From: Chiloscyllium plagiosum
Lineage: Eukaryota
NCBI RefSeq assembly: GCF_004010195.1
Contig: NC_057738.1
Location: 26,203,063 to 26,267,062, forward strand
Length of the DNA: 64,000 nt
Direction of reading: 5' to 3'
In this document: positions 36,271 to 47,469 of the stretch, one piece after another
How positions within the stretch are numbered: the stretch's first letter is position 1
How the letters are laid out: the number at the start of each line of letters is the position of its first letter
Notes under the pieces: model-generated
Seen by the model: the letters and a program-made list of their open reading frames with translations, nothing else
The model's database searches: none
Told to the model about the DNA's origin: nothing
Program-made: the position numbers and the translations under genes

Positions 36271-38299
36271 AGTTTGTCTTGTGTTCTGTCAGACAAAGCG
36301 CAATGAACTCATTCCATCAATTCCTTTTGATCATTCAACTGTGGTGTAGTTCTGATGAACATAAGCATTTCTTCACTTCAGAATAAATTATTATAACTGA
36401 AGAATTCATTTGTCATGTAAACATATGAACAATGAGAGGTTAGAAAAACCCTTCTGATCCATTCATGAATGGGTACTAGGTTTCCAAAATAATGAACAAA
36501 CACTCCAGCCCAAGTTCTGAGTCCAGCAATATTGCTCCAGTATTATGCAGTGAAATGTCTATTTGTTCACTGCTGCTGTGTCTTCCACGTCATCAAATGC
36601 ACAGAAAGTAAGGGTATTGGATGGACTGCAGTTTCCTGTTCATTACCCATCACACATATGTATGAAGTTTTCATCTTATAAGCTATGAAACAGTACATTG
36701 TTTCATTTCGCTTTATTTTATACAAATAAGTACTTCTTATTTGAGCTAAATATATATTAGACTTACCTTTGAAACTACTGGTAACAGTATCAGTATTTAG
36801 CATATTTTATGCACAATTAACACAGTAACTTCAAGCAAGATTAGATGCATAGCTAAATGCAAAAATCCACAAATTGCTGCCTGAGATTTGCCATTTAAAT
36901 GCATTGAGCAATGTGGAGTGGTTGTATATGAGCACAAATCAACTTCGTCATGGGAAATTAGAAGTTGTCCATCAAAGTCTCAGAATACTTTTTAACAATA
37001 TGATAAATCATAATTATTCTGAACCAACTTATTTGGCTCTCAAATTAATTAATACAGGCATCACATTCCCTCAGTTTTTACTTGAGTTTGGGAATTTGGA
37101 AGAAAAACATTAAATTACATCTTTTTAAAAAGTTACTTCTGACCTCTTTCTGGCATAATCCAATTAGTCTTTTCATCCTTTCATTTTGTTTTTTGTCCCT
37201 CATTTGATTTGAATTCATCATTCTAATATTTCCTAGTTTTAAGATTTATTTGTTGTTTAATTCATAATCTTTCAAGCATTTTATGTTAAGAAGACATACA
37301 GATGCATTGTCTGCTAACGCTGGTCTCAGATATCCATAGAGGTTACCCCATTGTTTCTAAGTCCAATTTACAACAATTTTCAGCGCAAAATCTCCCAGGA
37401 ATTAAATGGGCAAGGGCAAGTCTAAAAAAAGTTACTTGTACAATTTTCTCCCATTCAGATTCAGTCAATGTTAGCCTGTAATAGGTATTGTGAGAGAAAA
37501 TATATATGTTTAATGTTACAATATATAGAAGCTTGCTGTGCTATGAATGTTTCTGTTGACATTGGGTGTCCTTAAGGACATTTCATTCTGCAGCACACCA
37601 TCTGGTGTTTTCTTCAGTTTTGTCACCTGCATTGCAATAGTTATTGTTGTTAAATAAGGAACTTGGGAATTTACTATTCCGTTTGAAATAGGGTCTATGT
37701 TTCTGAGTAGGAATTCTGCAGTAGTGAGGGTGAAACTGCATGCCTGGGCTCAGTTCAAATAACACTTTCTCCTCAAATAATATATGTCTTGCTGCAGTTT
37801 TATCTGACTTGCCCAGTTGCAGCTGATCAGATTGTGCAGTGTCACCCAGTTTGCAACAACAATCAATGCAGGTTTTCCATGTTGTGCGTGTGCTTGCTGC
37901 TTCTCAGCAGTTTTAAAATTAGCTTTACTCTTGTTCAGTCCAGGTGGGAACAGAAAACCCACTGGAAATGTGAAGTGGTTACAAAAAGGAAAGTAGAAGA
38001 ATATTGCATGGTTCATCAAGTGGCTCCTTCAATTCCTTCTGAATGTTTAGAAAAATAGGGTGATGGAGAGAACTGGACACTGAAATTGACAGTGACATGA
38101 ATAGAGGGTTTGGAAATAATCAACTGAGTAACAACAATGTTATTCAGATAGTCAGGTCAGAATGAAGCTCATACAATAAAAGGAGATCAAGACTGAAGAT
38201 TTTAGTCATGAATGTTTAGTAAACTTGGTGCTAAAGTTACTTTATGAGTATATGTCATTGCTTCAAACAAAAAGTTCATAGTTTGTGGAATAGAGATTG

Positions 38300-38700
38300 A
38301 AGTAGAGATAACATGAGAGAGTGAGAAGAGTTTTGACACAGGGAACATGAAACTGCGCAGAAGTGGAGTGATAAGGGAAGGGAGAGAGGAAACAGAGTTA
38401 TAGACAGAGATTAGACAATGGGTTGAGAGTGGAGAAATGGGAAGAGAGATAGAGACAAAGTTAGTGTCAGAGAAAGAAAGATTAGACTGCAACATAGAGA
38501 GTTAAAATTTAGAGTAGAGAGGGTTTAAACAAAAAAAATGTGAAATGAGAGACAGCAAGTTAAAAACATTGAGTTGAAGCAATGACAGAGAGGAAAAGAG
38601 CATAATGGAGGGTGAAAGGGAGTGTGTGTGTGAGTGAAAGAGAGAGAGAGATAGAAGGGAGAAAGAGAGAGAAATAGCAACATTCTTGAGCAGACAGAGA
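38300..38700. repeat. GA-rich low-complexity tract
   Basis: Degenerate (GA)n and (GT)n runs. Confidence 0.7.
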
Positions 38701-40083
38701 TAGATCTTCCAATGTGATCAATGGAGCTCCGTCTAATAAGGCAACATTACAAGTTGGGCATTCAAAAGCCATTTGGCAAAAAAAAAGAAAAGATATAAAA
38801 GCCTAAGGTCTTTTTGGAAGCAGACATGTCAATGCTGAATTCAGGCCCATTGTGGGGCAGTAAAGACCTACCCTGTCTGACTGGACCTGAAAGTGTTTAT
38901 TTTTCCCAAATGGCCTGAGCAGACCCGAAAGGACTATGTAGACCCCAAAACAGAAACATTCTTTCTCCAAAAGCCAGTTAGTCCTGAGGTGTTCAGATGT
39001 AGGATTCCCTACCTGTGTTTAAATCATGTGGGTTTGAAACATATTTACCATCATGGATCATAAATGCTTTAAAACTCATTTATATTTTGATAATTACTTG
39101 TGAAGTAAATTTAATTTTGTTATTAAGCATGTTACAATCACTAAATATGTCTACTCCACCCCAAAATGCTGTTGAATTGGTCATGTATAAACATACTTTA
39201 ACATTAGCAGCCTCTGCCCAATAGTTCTTCACTTTTCAGTGGCTCTGACCAGAAGCAAAATGAAATAGCTTTCATTAAAACACTGACTTGTTACTTCTAT
39301 TCAAAAAAACACTTGAACTGAAGAAAAGTGAGAATTTTGCTCATTCCGATTTACTTTGTGAGAGAAGAGAATTAGTGATGATCACAGTGAAATTCACCTG
39401 AAGGGGATGTAATTGCACTGTCTTTCAGCGAGTTGTATAATGAAGGATGTAAAAGAGAATAAAATCTATATTTCATGCTGGAGTCTGGTGATAAGTTTGA
39501 TGCAGACCAATTTCCTTTATTTACGATGAGACCCAGAAAGCCTCAGAGTACCGTGATCTGCCTCTAATGGTGTCACATTAAACGTGATGAAGGATTAATT
39601 TCCACTTAAAACGACTGCACTTGGGGACTGACCTTTAGCCCAATTATAATCCGAATAAAACAGTACACAGACTAGTTAAGTAATAGGTTAATGGAAACAG
39701 CAGCAGTCTGCTGCAGAATGATTGACCTGGCCCTCTGCTGGCACAGCTGACAATCACTTTCTGAGTGCATTTGGATCTAACTGAAAAGGAACTCTTTACA
39801 TCTTCAACAGTTTCTGGAAGGATGAACAGTACTGATAACTGCTGGTTGGTAAAGCATAATGACTCGTTCTTCAATATGCACGTGACAGGAACATCTACAT
39901 CTAAATCTAAATGTCATTTTTCTTTTCTTAATGACTTTTTTTGGTATTGCAGTTTTGAGTTCTGCCTAACTATCTATTTGACTTTTCCTTTCTTCATTGT
40001 ACCATTAGATTCTTGGTATAGAGCTCTGAAACTAGATACAGTAGTCACAATTAAGCTGGAATAACTTAATCAAGATAAAATAG

Positions 40084-40638
40084 CATCGGACTATGTGCTA
40101 TTTCCAGAACAACTTGTTACTCAAAGGATATGCACCAAACAATTTGATTTGATTTATTATTGTCACATTTACTGAGATACAATGGGGAGTATTGTTTTGT
40201 GTTCTATGCCAGCAAGTCATACCTTACATAAACAGATCATTGTAATAGAACAGAATGCAGAATATAATGCTCCAGCTACAGAGAGAATACCCAGAAACAC
40301 CAACTTTAATAAACGAGAGGTGCATTGCTTTCAAATATCTGATAAGAATGGGGATGAAGGCATTTTGACTCTGTTGGTACGTGTTTTCAAACTTATATCC
40401 AATAAGTCCAATCATGTATCATGTATCCTATCAATGAGAAATGGACTCATAGTTTACATTAGGCTAGCTTTGAAACTACAGATTAGATTTACACAAAGTG
40501 TCACTGAACATGAGTAGTATCTAGGGTGTAGCAGATTGGCCATTATGCACACTTCCTTCTGTATCTTATCCCCAGATCCTTTTACTGCTTTTCTGAAGTA
40601 GCATTGGCCAACTCTAATGCCTCATTCAAATATCTAGT
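40084..40638 (+). repeat. Local direct duplication, copy 1
   Basis: Colinear with 41371-41915 from GGACTATG..CCAGAACAACTTGTTACTC to CTCTAATGCCTCATTCAAATATCTAGT. Confidence 0.9.
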
Positions 40639-41370
40639 TTTCAAGCAAACAAAAGCAAAAAGTATCATGCATGATGATCTATTAAGAGGTTAGTATATTG
40701 CTGATGCTGAATCTAAGTGATAACTAAGGAATATTTAGCATCAAGATCTGCTGTTCAATTTGCTCATGGTCATTCTAAGCTAAAGTAGGGTTTGTTAGTC
40801 AGTTCCATTATAGGAATGAGATGCTGTAGATGTTTTCTTTAATGTTGAAAAGTGAATGAGTGATTGAATGAGATGCAGGAAGATAATAAATACTGAGTAT
40901 GAAATGTAGCGTATTATACTTTCATATGGTGATTTAGAGATGGCATATGATGGGGACAGGGCTGAAATGTAGGTCAATTGGAAAATGCTTTGTAAGGTCA
41001 ACAGATAGGCAAGAAAAATAGTTTGCAGACTTACCGCTAAATATTGCTAACCAGCAGCTACAGATTTCCTGAGCATTGTCACAATAATGTGCCAAGTAAC
41101 AAGACATTCTAACTCATTTTTATCTCACATTTATTGGATTATACTGTTACAAGAAAAGAGTCTGTATTCTGCCTTATATATGGATATATACACAAGTAAT
41201 CATCGCCTGAAATGGGGGAACTAGTTGATTACAACATACCTTTGTCAAGAGGTAAGTTGCATTTACTGCAACATCGATTGAGCACAACGATGCCACAAGA
41301 TCCTTTGAGAGTGTACCTCACCCTGTTAACTAATTACCCGACCTCTCCGGAGTCAATTTAATTTTGGCCC

Positions 41371-41915
41371 CATTGGACTATGGGCCATTCCCAGAACAAC
41401 TTGTTACTCAGTGGATATGGGCCAAAAGATCTGATTTGATTTGAGTTATTGTTGTCACATATACAGAGATACAATGGGAAGTATTATAATGCTGTTCTAT
41501 CCAAGAAAATCATAAATAGATCATGGTAATAGAACAGAATGCAGAATATAGTGCTACAGCGACAGAGAAAGTGCCCAGAAATATCACCTTTAATATATGA
41601 GAGGTGCATTGCATTCAAACGTCTGATTACAGTGAGGGTGAAGGCATTTTGAATCTGTTGGTACGTGTTTTCAAATGTATATCCAATATGTCCAATCACG
41701 TATCGAATCAATGGGAAATTGACTCATACTCCATATCAGACTAATTTTGAAACTACAGTATAGATTCACATGAAGTGTCATTGGACAGGAGTAGTGTCCA
41801 AGGTGTAGCAGGTTGGCCATTCTGCACACTTCCTCCTGTATCTTATCCCTAAATCCTTTTACTGATTTTCTGAAATAGCGTCGGTCAACTCTAATGCCTC
41901 ATTCAAATATCTAGT
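41371..41915 (+). repeat. Local direct duplication, copy 2
   Basis: Colinear with 40084-40638; roughly 80% identical by eye. Confidence 0.9.
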
Positions 41916-42063
41916 AACCAAAACAAACACAGCAGATGCTGGAAATCTGAAATAAAGACCTGCACCTTCTGTGCCTGTGCCACCTTTAAAAGCCTACTCT
42001 GCCCCTAGGCAGGCACTGTCAGTCCGGAGCTACCCTGAGGAAGCTCTGAGATTTTCCCTGGAC

Positions 42064-42300
42064 ATGGCAGACAGGGAGAGATTAGTGTTCTATTTTGTGG
42101 AGAGGCTCCTGGATGTCCTAGTGGGCAGGGTGTTGTAAAGCAGGGCTGTCCTGTTCCCTCAGAACTGGCAGAGGATGTCATGCAGTCAGACTCTGCTGGC
42201 CTTGTCTGATGTTGCTAGCTCAGTCATTGCAGTCTCAGGCATCTGGAGGATTTCCCAACAGGGAATGAAGAAAGTCATTGACCCTCTCTGCTCATCTACG
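42064..42300 (+). pseudogene. Harbinger-type Myb/SANT-like DNA-binding protein remnant
   Basis: MADRERLVFYFVERLLDVLVGRVL*SRAVLFPQNWQR..TLLALSDVASSVIAVS..WRISQQGMKKVID; homologous to 62985-63190 on the minus strand. Confidence 0.65.
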
Positions 42301-42347
42301 TTACGTGCCACCAACCTTTCTCTGCTATTTTGCACTCACTCTATTTC

Positions 42348-42833
42348 ATAGAATCCTTACAGTGTGGAAACAGCCATTCGGCCCAACAAGTCCAATCAGA
42401 TTCTCCGAAGAGCATCCCACTTAGGCCCATCCCCCAACCCTAACCATGTACTTCCCATGGCTAACACACCTAACCTAAACATCTCTGGACGCTATGCAGT
42501 AACTTAGCATGGTAGAGGTGGGTACTACAGATGCTGGAGATTAGAGTCAAGATTAGAATGGTGATGGAAAAGCACAGCAGGTCAGGCAGCATCCGAGGAA
42601 CAGGAAAATCAATGTTTCAGGGAAAATCCCTTCACCAGGAACTCATCAGTAACTTAGCATGGCCAAACTACCTAACTTGTATGTCTTCAGACAATGGAAG
42701 GAAACCAGAGCACTCAGGGGAAACCCACGCTGACGTGGGGAGAATTTTCAAATACACAGAGAGTCGATCGAGAGTGGAACCAAACCCAGGTTCCTGGCGC
42801 AGTGAGGCAGCAGTGCTAACCAATGTGCCACCC
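42348..42833 (-). mobile_element. HE1/V-SINE interrupted by a Penelope terminus (42513-42646)
   Basis: V-SINE motifs on both sides; 16 bp TSD CAGTAACTTAGCATGG at 42497-42512 and 42647-42662. Confidence 0.88.
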
Positions 42834-42952
42834 TGCAATTTCTGCAACAGTACCCACCTTCCACCAAGAGTGATGCTCCATCACGCTCTCATTGTTACCT
42901 ATGACATCTTCTCCATGCCAAATCTTAACAGTGAACAAGTATCTCCAGATGA

Positions 42953-43157
42953 GTAGAAAGTAAGGACTGCAGATCCTGGAGATCAGAGTCAAAAGGTGAG
43001 GCACTGGAAAAGCACAGTCAGTCAGTCAGCAGCCAAGGAGCAGGTGGGTCAATGTTTTGAGCATAAGCTCTTCATCAGGAATGAGCTCTTCCTGATGAAG
43101 AGCTTATGCTCAAAACGTCGACTCTCCTGCTCCTCAGATGCTGCCTGACTGGCTGTT
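42953..43157. mobile_element. Penelope-terminus inverted-repeat insertion
   Basis: TTTTGAGCATAAGCTCTTCATCAGGAA paired with TTCCTGATGAAGAGCTTATGCTCAAAA. Confidence 0.85.
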
Positions 43158-43214
43158 AAAGGGAGTTGAATGTGGGAGGCTGGCAAGAAGTGCATTAGAC
43201 TAGTCAAATCCTTA

Positions 43215-43440
43215 AGACATAAGAACATAAGACCAGAGGAAGGCCACTCAGACCATCGAATCTGCTCTGCAATTCAATGAGGTCATAGCTGATTATGCTT
43301 AACTCCACTTTCCTGCCTTTCCGCCATAATCCTTGATTCCCTTGCTGCTTACAAATCTGCTTTTAATACACATAATGAATCAGACTCAATAGCTCTCTGT
43401 CATAAAGAATTGTGCAGATTTATAAATCTCTGAAAGAAGG
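43215..43440 (-). mobile_element. CR1 3' end
   Basis: (CATAAGAA)n tail; TTCAATGAGGTCATAGCTGAT. Confidence 0.7.
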
Positions 43441-43679
43441 CAAGACAAGTCAAGAGATGACAATCCTATTACTTATATTGTAACTTATTAATTAAAGCCT
43501 TCTGATTTTGGAACACACGGCCCAAAACATCATTTAAGGTTTCAGTATTTTATTTAAGTATAGAAACTCAAATTTATTGTATTGGTCTACCTATGTACTG
43601 TATATATTTCTTGTATAATCAAAATCCTTATACACTATATATACATATAACTGGCTGATGTTAATTGCTAGATGACTCA

Positions 43680-43835
43680 TACACATGCACATGATCAGAC
43701 AAACAGGCATTGATACACACATGCATGTATACACATACATATACACAGTGACAGGCACACACATCCAGAGACACACACATTTCATATGCACATATACATA
43801 CAGATTCACACAGCTACATACATGTATACACCCAC
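43680..43835. repeat. Degenerate (CA/TA)n microsatellite
   Basis: ACACAT-type repeats. Confidence 0.75.
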
Positions 43836-43914
43836 ATAAGAAATGGACAGACAGTAAATGGCCAATTGTTGCCCATCAAGTCTATTCCATTCAGTTGGCA
43901 TTACAATTAAACAA

Positions 43915-44410
43915 TATAAGGACATTAGAAGTAGGAGGAGGAGTCAACAATTCAGCCCCTCAAGCCTGCTCCAACATTTGATCTCATCTCAGCCTCAAAT
44001 CCACTTTCTTGCCTGGTCTCCATTATCTTCAACTCATGACAATTTAAAAGTCTCTCCCACCTTGAATGTATTCCATGTCTCAGTACATACCACATTCTGG
44101 AGCAGTGAATCCCACAGCTTCCTGACTCTTTGAGAGAAGAAGCTTTTTCTCATCTCTGTTGTAGATCTGTGACCTCTCGTTCTAGATTGTTCCATATGAG
44201 GAAACATCCTTTCTACATCTACTTTGTCAATCCCATTTAGCACCTTGTATACCTCAATTAGATTTCCTTTTATCTTCTAAACTCCAGAGAGTATGGATCT
44301 AAACTGCTCAATCTCTCTTCATAATACAAACCCCTCATCTCTAAAATCAATCCAGTTAACATCCTCTGAACTATCTCCAATACAATGACATCCCTCCTAA
44401 GATAAGGTCA
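43915..44410 (-). mobile_element. CR1 3' fragment
   Basis: Minus ORF SRTRGH..RKSFFSQRVRKLWDSL. Confidence 0.85.
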
Positions 44411-44608
44411 GTACTTCTGAGTAACTCCCTAGCAACAGTCATCAAATCTCCTATGAGAGATGACAAAGAAAGCCTTGGTCAAATAAGGGTAAAAAGAATT
44501 ATACTCTGATCTAGAATTGTATCAAAAACACATTTCAGCAGTGATCACTAGATACATTGCATAACATCCTACAAGACCTCTGTACTATGAGTTTGCCTGT
44601 TGTAGCAA

Positions 44609-44897
44609 TAGAATCCCTACAGTGTGGAAACAGGCCCTATGGCCCATACTGACCCTCCAAAGAATAACCCACTCAGACCGATTCCCCCTACCCTATATTT
44701 ACTCCTAACAAATGTACCTAACCTATACATCCCTGAACACTATGGGCAATTTAACACCCAACCTGCACATCTTTGGATTGTGGGAGGAAACCCATGCAGA
44801 CCTGGGTGCAAACTCCACATAAACAGTCACCCAAGGCTGCGATTGAACCCAGGTCCCTGGCACTGTGAGGCAGCAGTGCTAACCACTATGCCACCCT
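44609..44897 (-). mobile_element. HE1/V-SINE
   Basis: TAGAATCCCTACAGTGTGGAAACAGGCC tail; GTGAGGCAGCAGTGCTAACCAC head. Confidence 0.9.
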
Positions 44898-45316
44898 CAG
44901 AAGATGCTCAGCTTCTTACTGAACATTTGCAATGAATCTCCACTAACTGTACAAACCATGCATTTCTTCCAGAGGTCAATGATCCTTTGGTCAAAGGGAA
45001 ACTGCCAAAAGTCTAACTTTATGCTCATTCAACTTCTATGATTCTCACACTCAAAAAATCTACCCACTCCCTTGAAGTAAAAAGACATTCTTGCTGTGAG
45101 TTTTATAGATATTTTTCTCATCAACCTGTTCAGAGATGCTATTACACATCTTTGGAGCAGGTGGGACTCATATACTTGTGCTTACACACGCTCCTTTGAC
45201 AACAAAAAAAAAATTAGCATAAAAGGGTAGATTTTCTCACGGTACATTTGGTGGCTGTTTTCACATCAAAATTCTTGTGCAGTACTTTAACTCAGCATGG
45301 TCTCCTTTCAAGTACA

Positions 45317-45660
45317 GGGGGTGCCATGGTGGCTCAGTAATTAGCACTGTTGCCTCAAGGATCCATGTTCAATTCTAGCCTCAGGCAACTGTCTGTGTGG
45401 AGTTTGTACATTTTCTCTGTGTCTGCTTTGGTTCTCTTTGGGTGCTCCAGTTTCCTCACACAATCCAGAGATGTACATGTTAGGTGGATTGCCAGTATGA
45501 CATTGCCCATAACTGTCAGGGATTTGCTGGCTGGATGGATTAGCCATGGAAAATGCAGGGTTACAGGGATGGGGTGGGTCTGGGTTTGATGGTCTTCAGA
45601 GGGTCATGTTGGAGTCGATGGGCCGAATGGCCTGCTTCCACACTGTAAGGATTCGATAAC
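45317..45660 (+). mobile_element. HE1/V-SINE
   Basis: GGTGGCTCAGTAATTAGCACTG A-box, GTTCAATTC B-box, V-domain, CCACACTGTAAGGATTC tail. Confidence 0.88.
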
Positions 45661-46473
45661 TATGTGAACGAGATGTCATTTAAAAGAGTGAAACCCTGCA
45701 TTGTTTAATTTGCCTTAAGCCAAAGCATTCAGACATTTCAATTCACCTCACAATCGATTAGTAGCAATTGTAGAAACATCTCTGGGCTGAAGAGTTGTGT
45801 CTTGCCAGAAAAGTATCACTGTTTTGGATTTCTGCAGCTATCATAAAACAGAAATATTTGCATTCCATAAAATTGCCTTGTTCCTTTCTTGTGCCTCTCT
45901 CCTTACATTCTCCAGCCCAGAAAGCACCACCACTAACAACCTCCGACTGTGATACAATTCCTTGGGTTGCTGCTTGTCATCTGTGTCTGATCCAAGTTGT
46001 TGGTTTGCATGTGTGAGCCCACATAGTATGTTGGCAAGCTGTTCGACTGGGGGGGCGGTGGAGGTTATCAGCAATTATTCTAATTCAGCTCACTTGACAG
46101 CTATATTGCATTCCAGCTGGGCTTGTGGATAATAGTACGTCAAGAACTTCCTGCTTGCTGAGTTCTGAACAGGTAACACTATTGGAAAGGCTGGTCGTTA
46201 CCTCAAAGGGGCTGAAATGTAAAAAGTGCGAAGACTTGGCTCACTTGCTTTGCGATTTGGTCAAACCTCACCTGGAATTCTGGATTTTGCACTGTAGGCT
46301 GGGTATAGAGCCTGAGGGCTGGGATTCTGATTTATCTTAACAATATCAGGATGAGATGGGTTATTTCTTAAGGACACTGCATTGACTTGGTTTAAATTCC
46401 TTTCTGCCTAAAACATTAGGTAGTGATCCAATAAGCTTGCTTTGAATGGCAAATGATTGCTAGTTAATACAGA

Positions 46474-46760
46474 GGGCTGAATCTTCCCAGGTCCTGAATG
46501 GCATGCGCCATGGTGAAAATTGTGTGAGAAGTGGAGTGAGACCTTTTTCGGCGTTGGGAGTGACAAGTCATGCTTTTCGACTAAACCCGGGATGCTGTGC
46601 CGAGAGGACTATTAACAGGGAATTATCAATCATTATCACCTCATTATTAGTAAGTCTCAGATCCACTAGATAGAAACTAGATGCTGAGAATTCCCGCATG
46701 AAAGTCAGAGCGTGTCAGGTACCTGCCAATTCCAGCTCATCGCTTGCTCCTGCAGACCTC
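46474..46760 (+). mobile_element. Terminal part of a Harbinger-like non-autonomous element
   Basis: Starts GGGCTGAATCTTCC; homologous to 62216-62570 (AGACCTTT..GTCATG.TTT, GAATTCCC..TGAAAG, TCCAGCT). Confidence 0.55.
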
Positions 46761-46769
46761 CTCCTCACC

Positions 46770-47065
46770 CTGTTATGGGAAGGATATTATTGAGCTAGAG
46801 TAGTTCATAAGAGATTTACCAGAATGTTGCCAGGAATGGATAGTTGGAGTTACAAGAAGAGGTTGGACAGGCTGGGACTTCTTTCACTAAAGCATAGGAG
46901 ACTGAGGGGGTGATTTTAATCAGGTTTATAAAATCATGAGGTGTGTAGATAAAGTGAATGGCAGGTGTCTTTTACCTAGTCTGGAGAATTTCAAGACTGG
47001 GGGCATATTTTTAAGAGGACAGAAGAAAGATTGAAAAAAGACATGAGGGGCAAATTTTTAACACA
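46770..47065 (+). mobile_element. CR1 fragment
   Basis: GATTTACCAGAATGTTGCCAGG, FTQ-type end. Confidence 0.8.
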
Positions 47066-47239
47066 GGACGCCTTCTCGCAGAGCGCTTTAGGGAACATCT
47101 CCGGGACACCCATACCAATCAACCCCACTGCCCCATGGCTCTACATTTCAACTCCCCCTCCCACTCTGCTGAGGACATGCAGGTCCTGGGCCTCCTCCAT
47201 TGCCACTCCCTCACCACCCGATGCCGAGAGGAAGAAAAG

Positions 47240-47439
47240 TGGGCGGCACGGTGGCACAGTGGTTAGCACTGCTGCCTCACAGCGCCTGAGACCCGGGTTC
47301 AATTCCCGCCTCAGGCGACTGACTGTGGAGTTTGCACGTTCTCCCCGTGTCTGCGTGGGTTTCCTCCGGGTGCTCCGGTTTCCTCCCACAGTCCAAAAGA
47401 TGTGCAGGGTCAGGTGAATTGGCCATGCTAAATTGCCCG
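47240..47439 (+). mobile_element. Young HE1/V-SINE (runs into the N gap)
   Basis: GGGCGGCACGGTGGCACAGTGGTTAGCACTG A-box, GGTTCAATTCC B-box, CpGs intact. Confidence 0.95.
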
Positions 47440-47469
47440 NNNNNNNNNNNNNNNNNNNNNNNNNNNNNN
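47440..47469. other. Assembly gap (30 N)
   Basis: Run of N. Confidence 1.

Noticed and set aside
40084-41915. Direct repeats as the LTR pair of a TRIM
   Set aside because: No TG..CA ends, PBS, PPT or TSD
47240-47312. tRNA gene
   Set aside because: The A/B boxes belong to a V-SINE head that continues into the V-domain; the same applies to the other SINE heads
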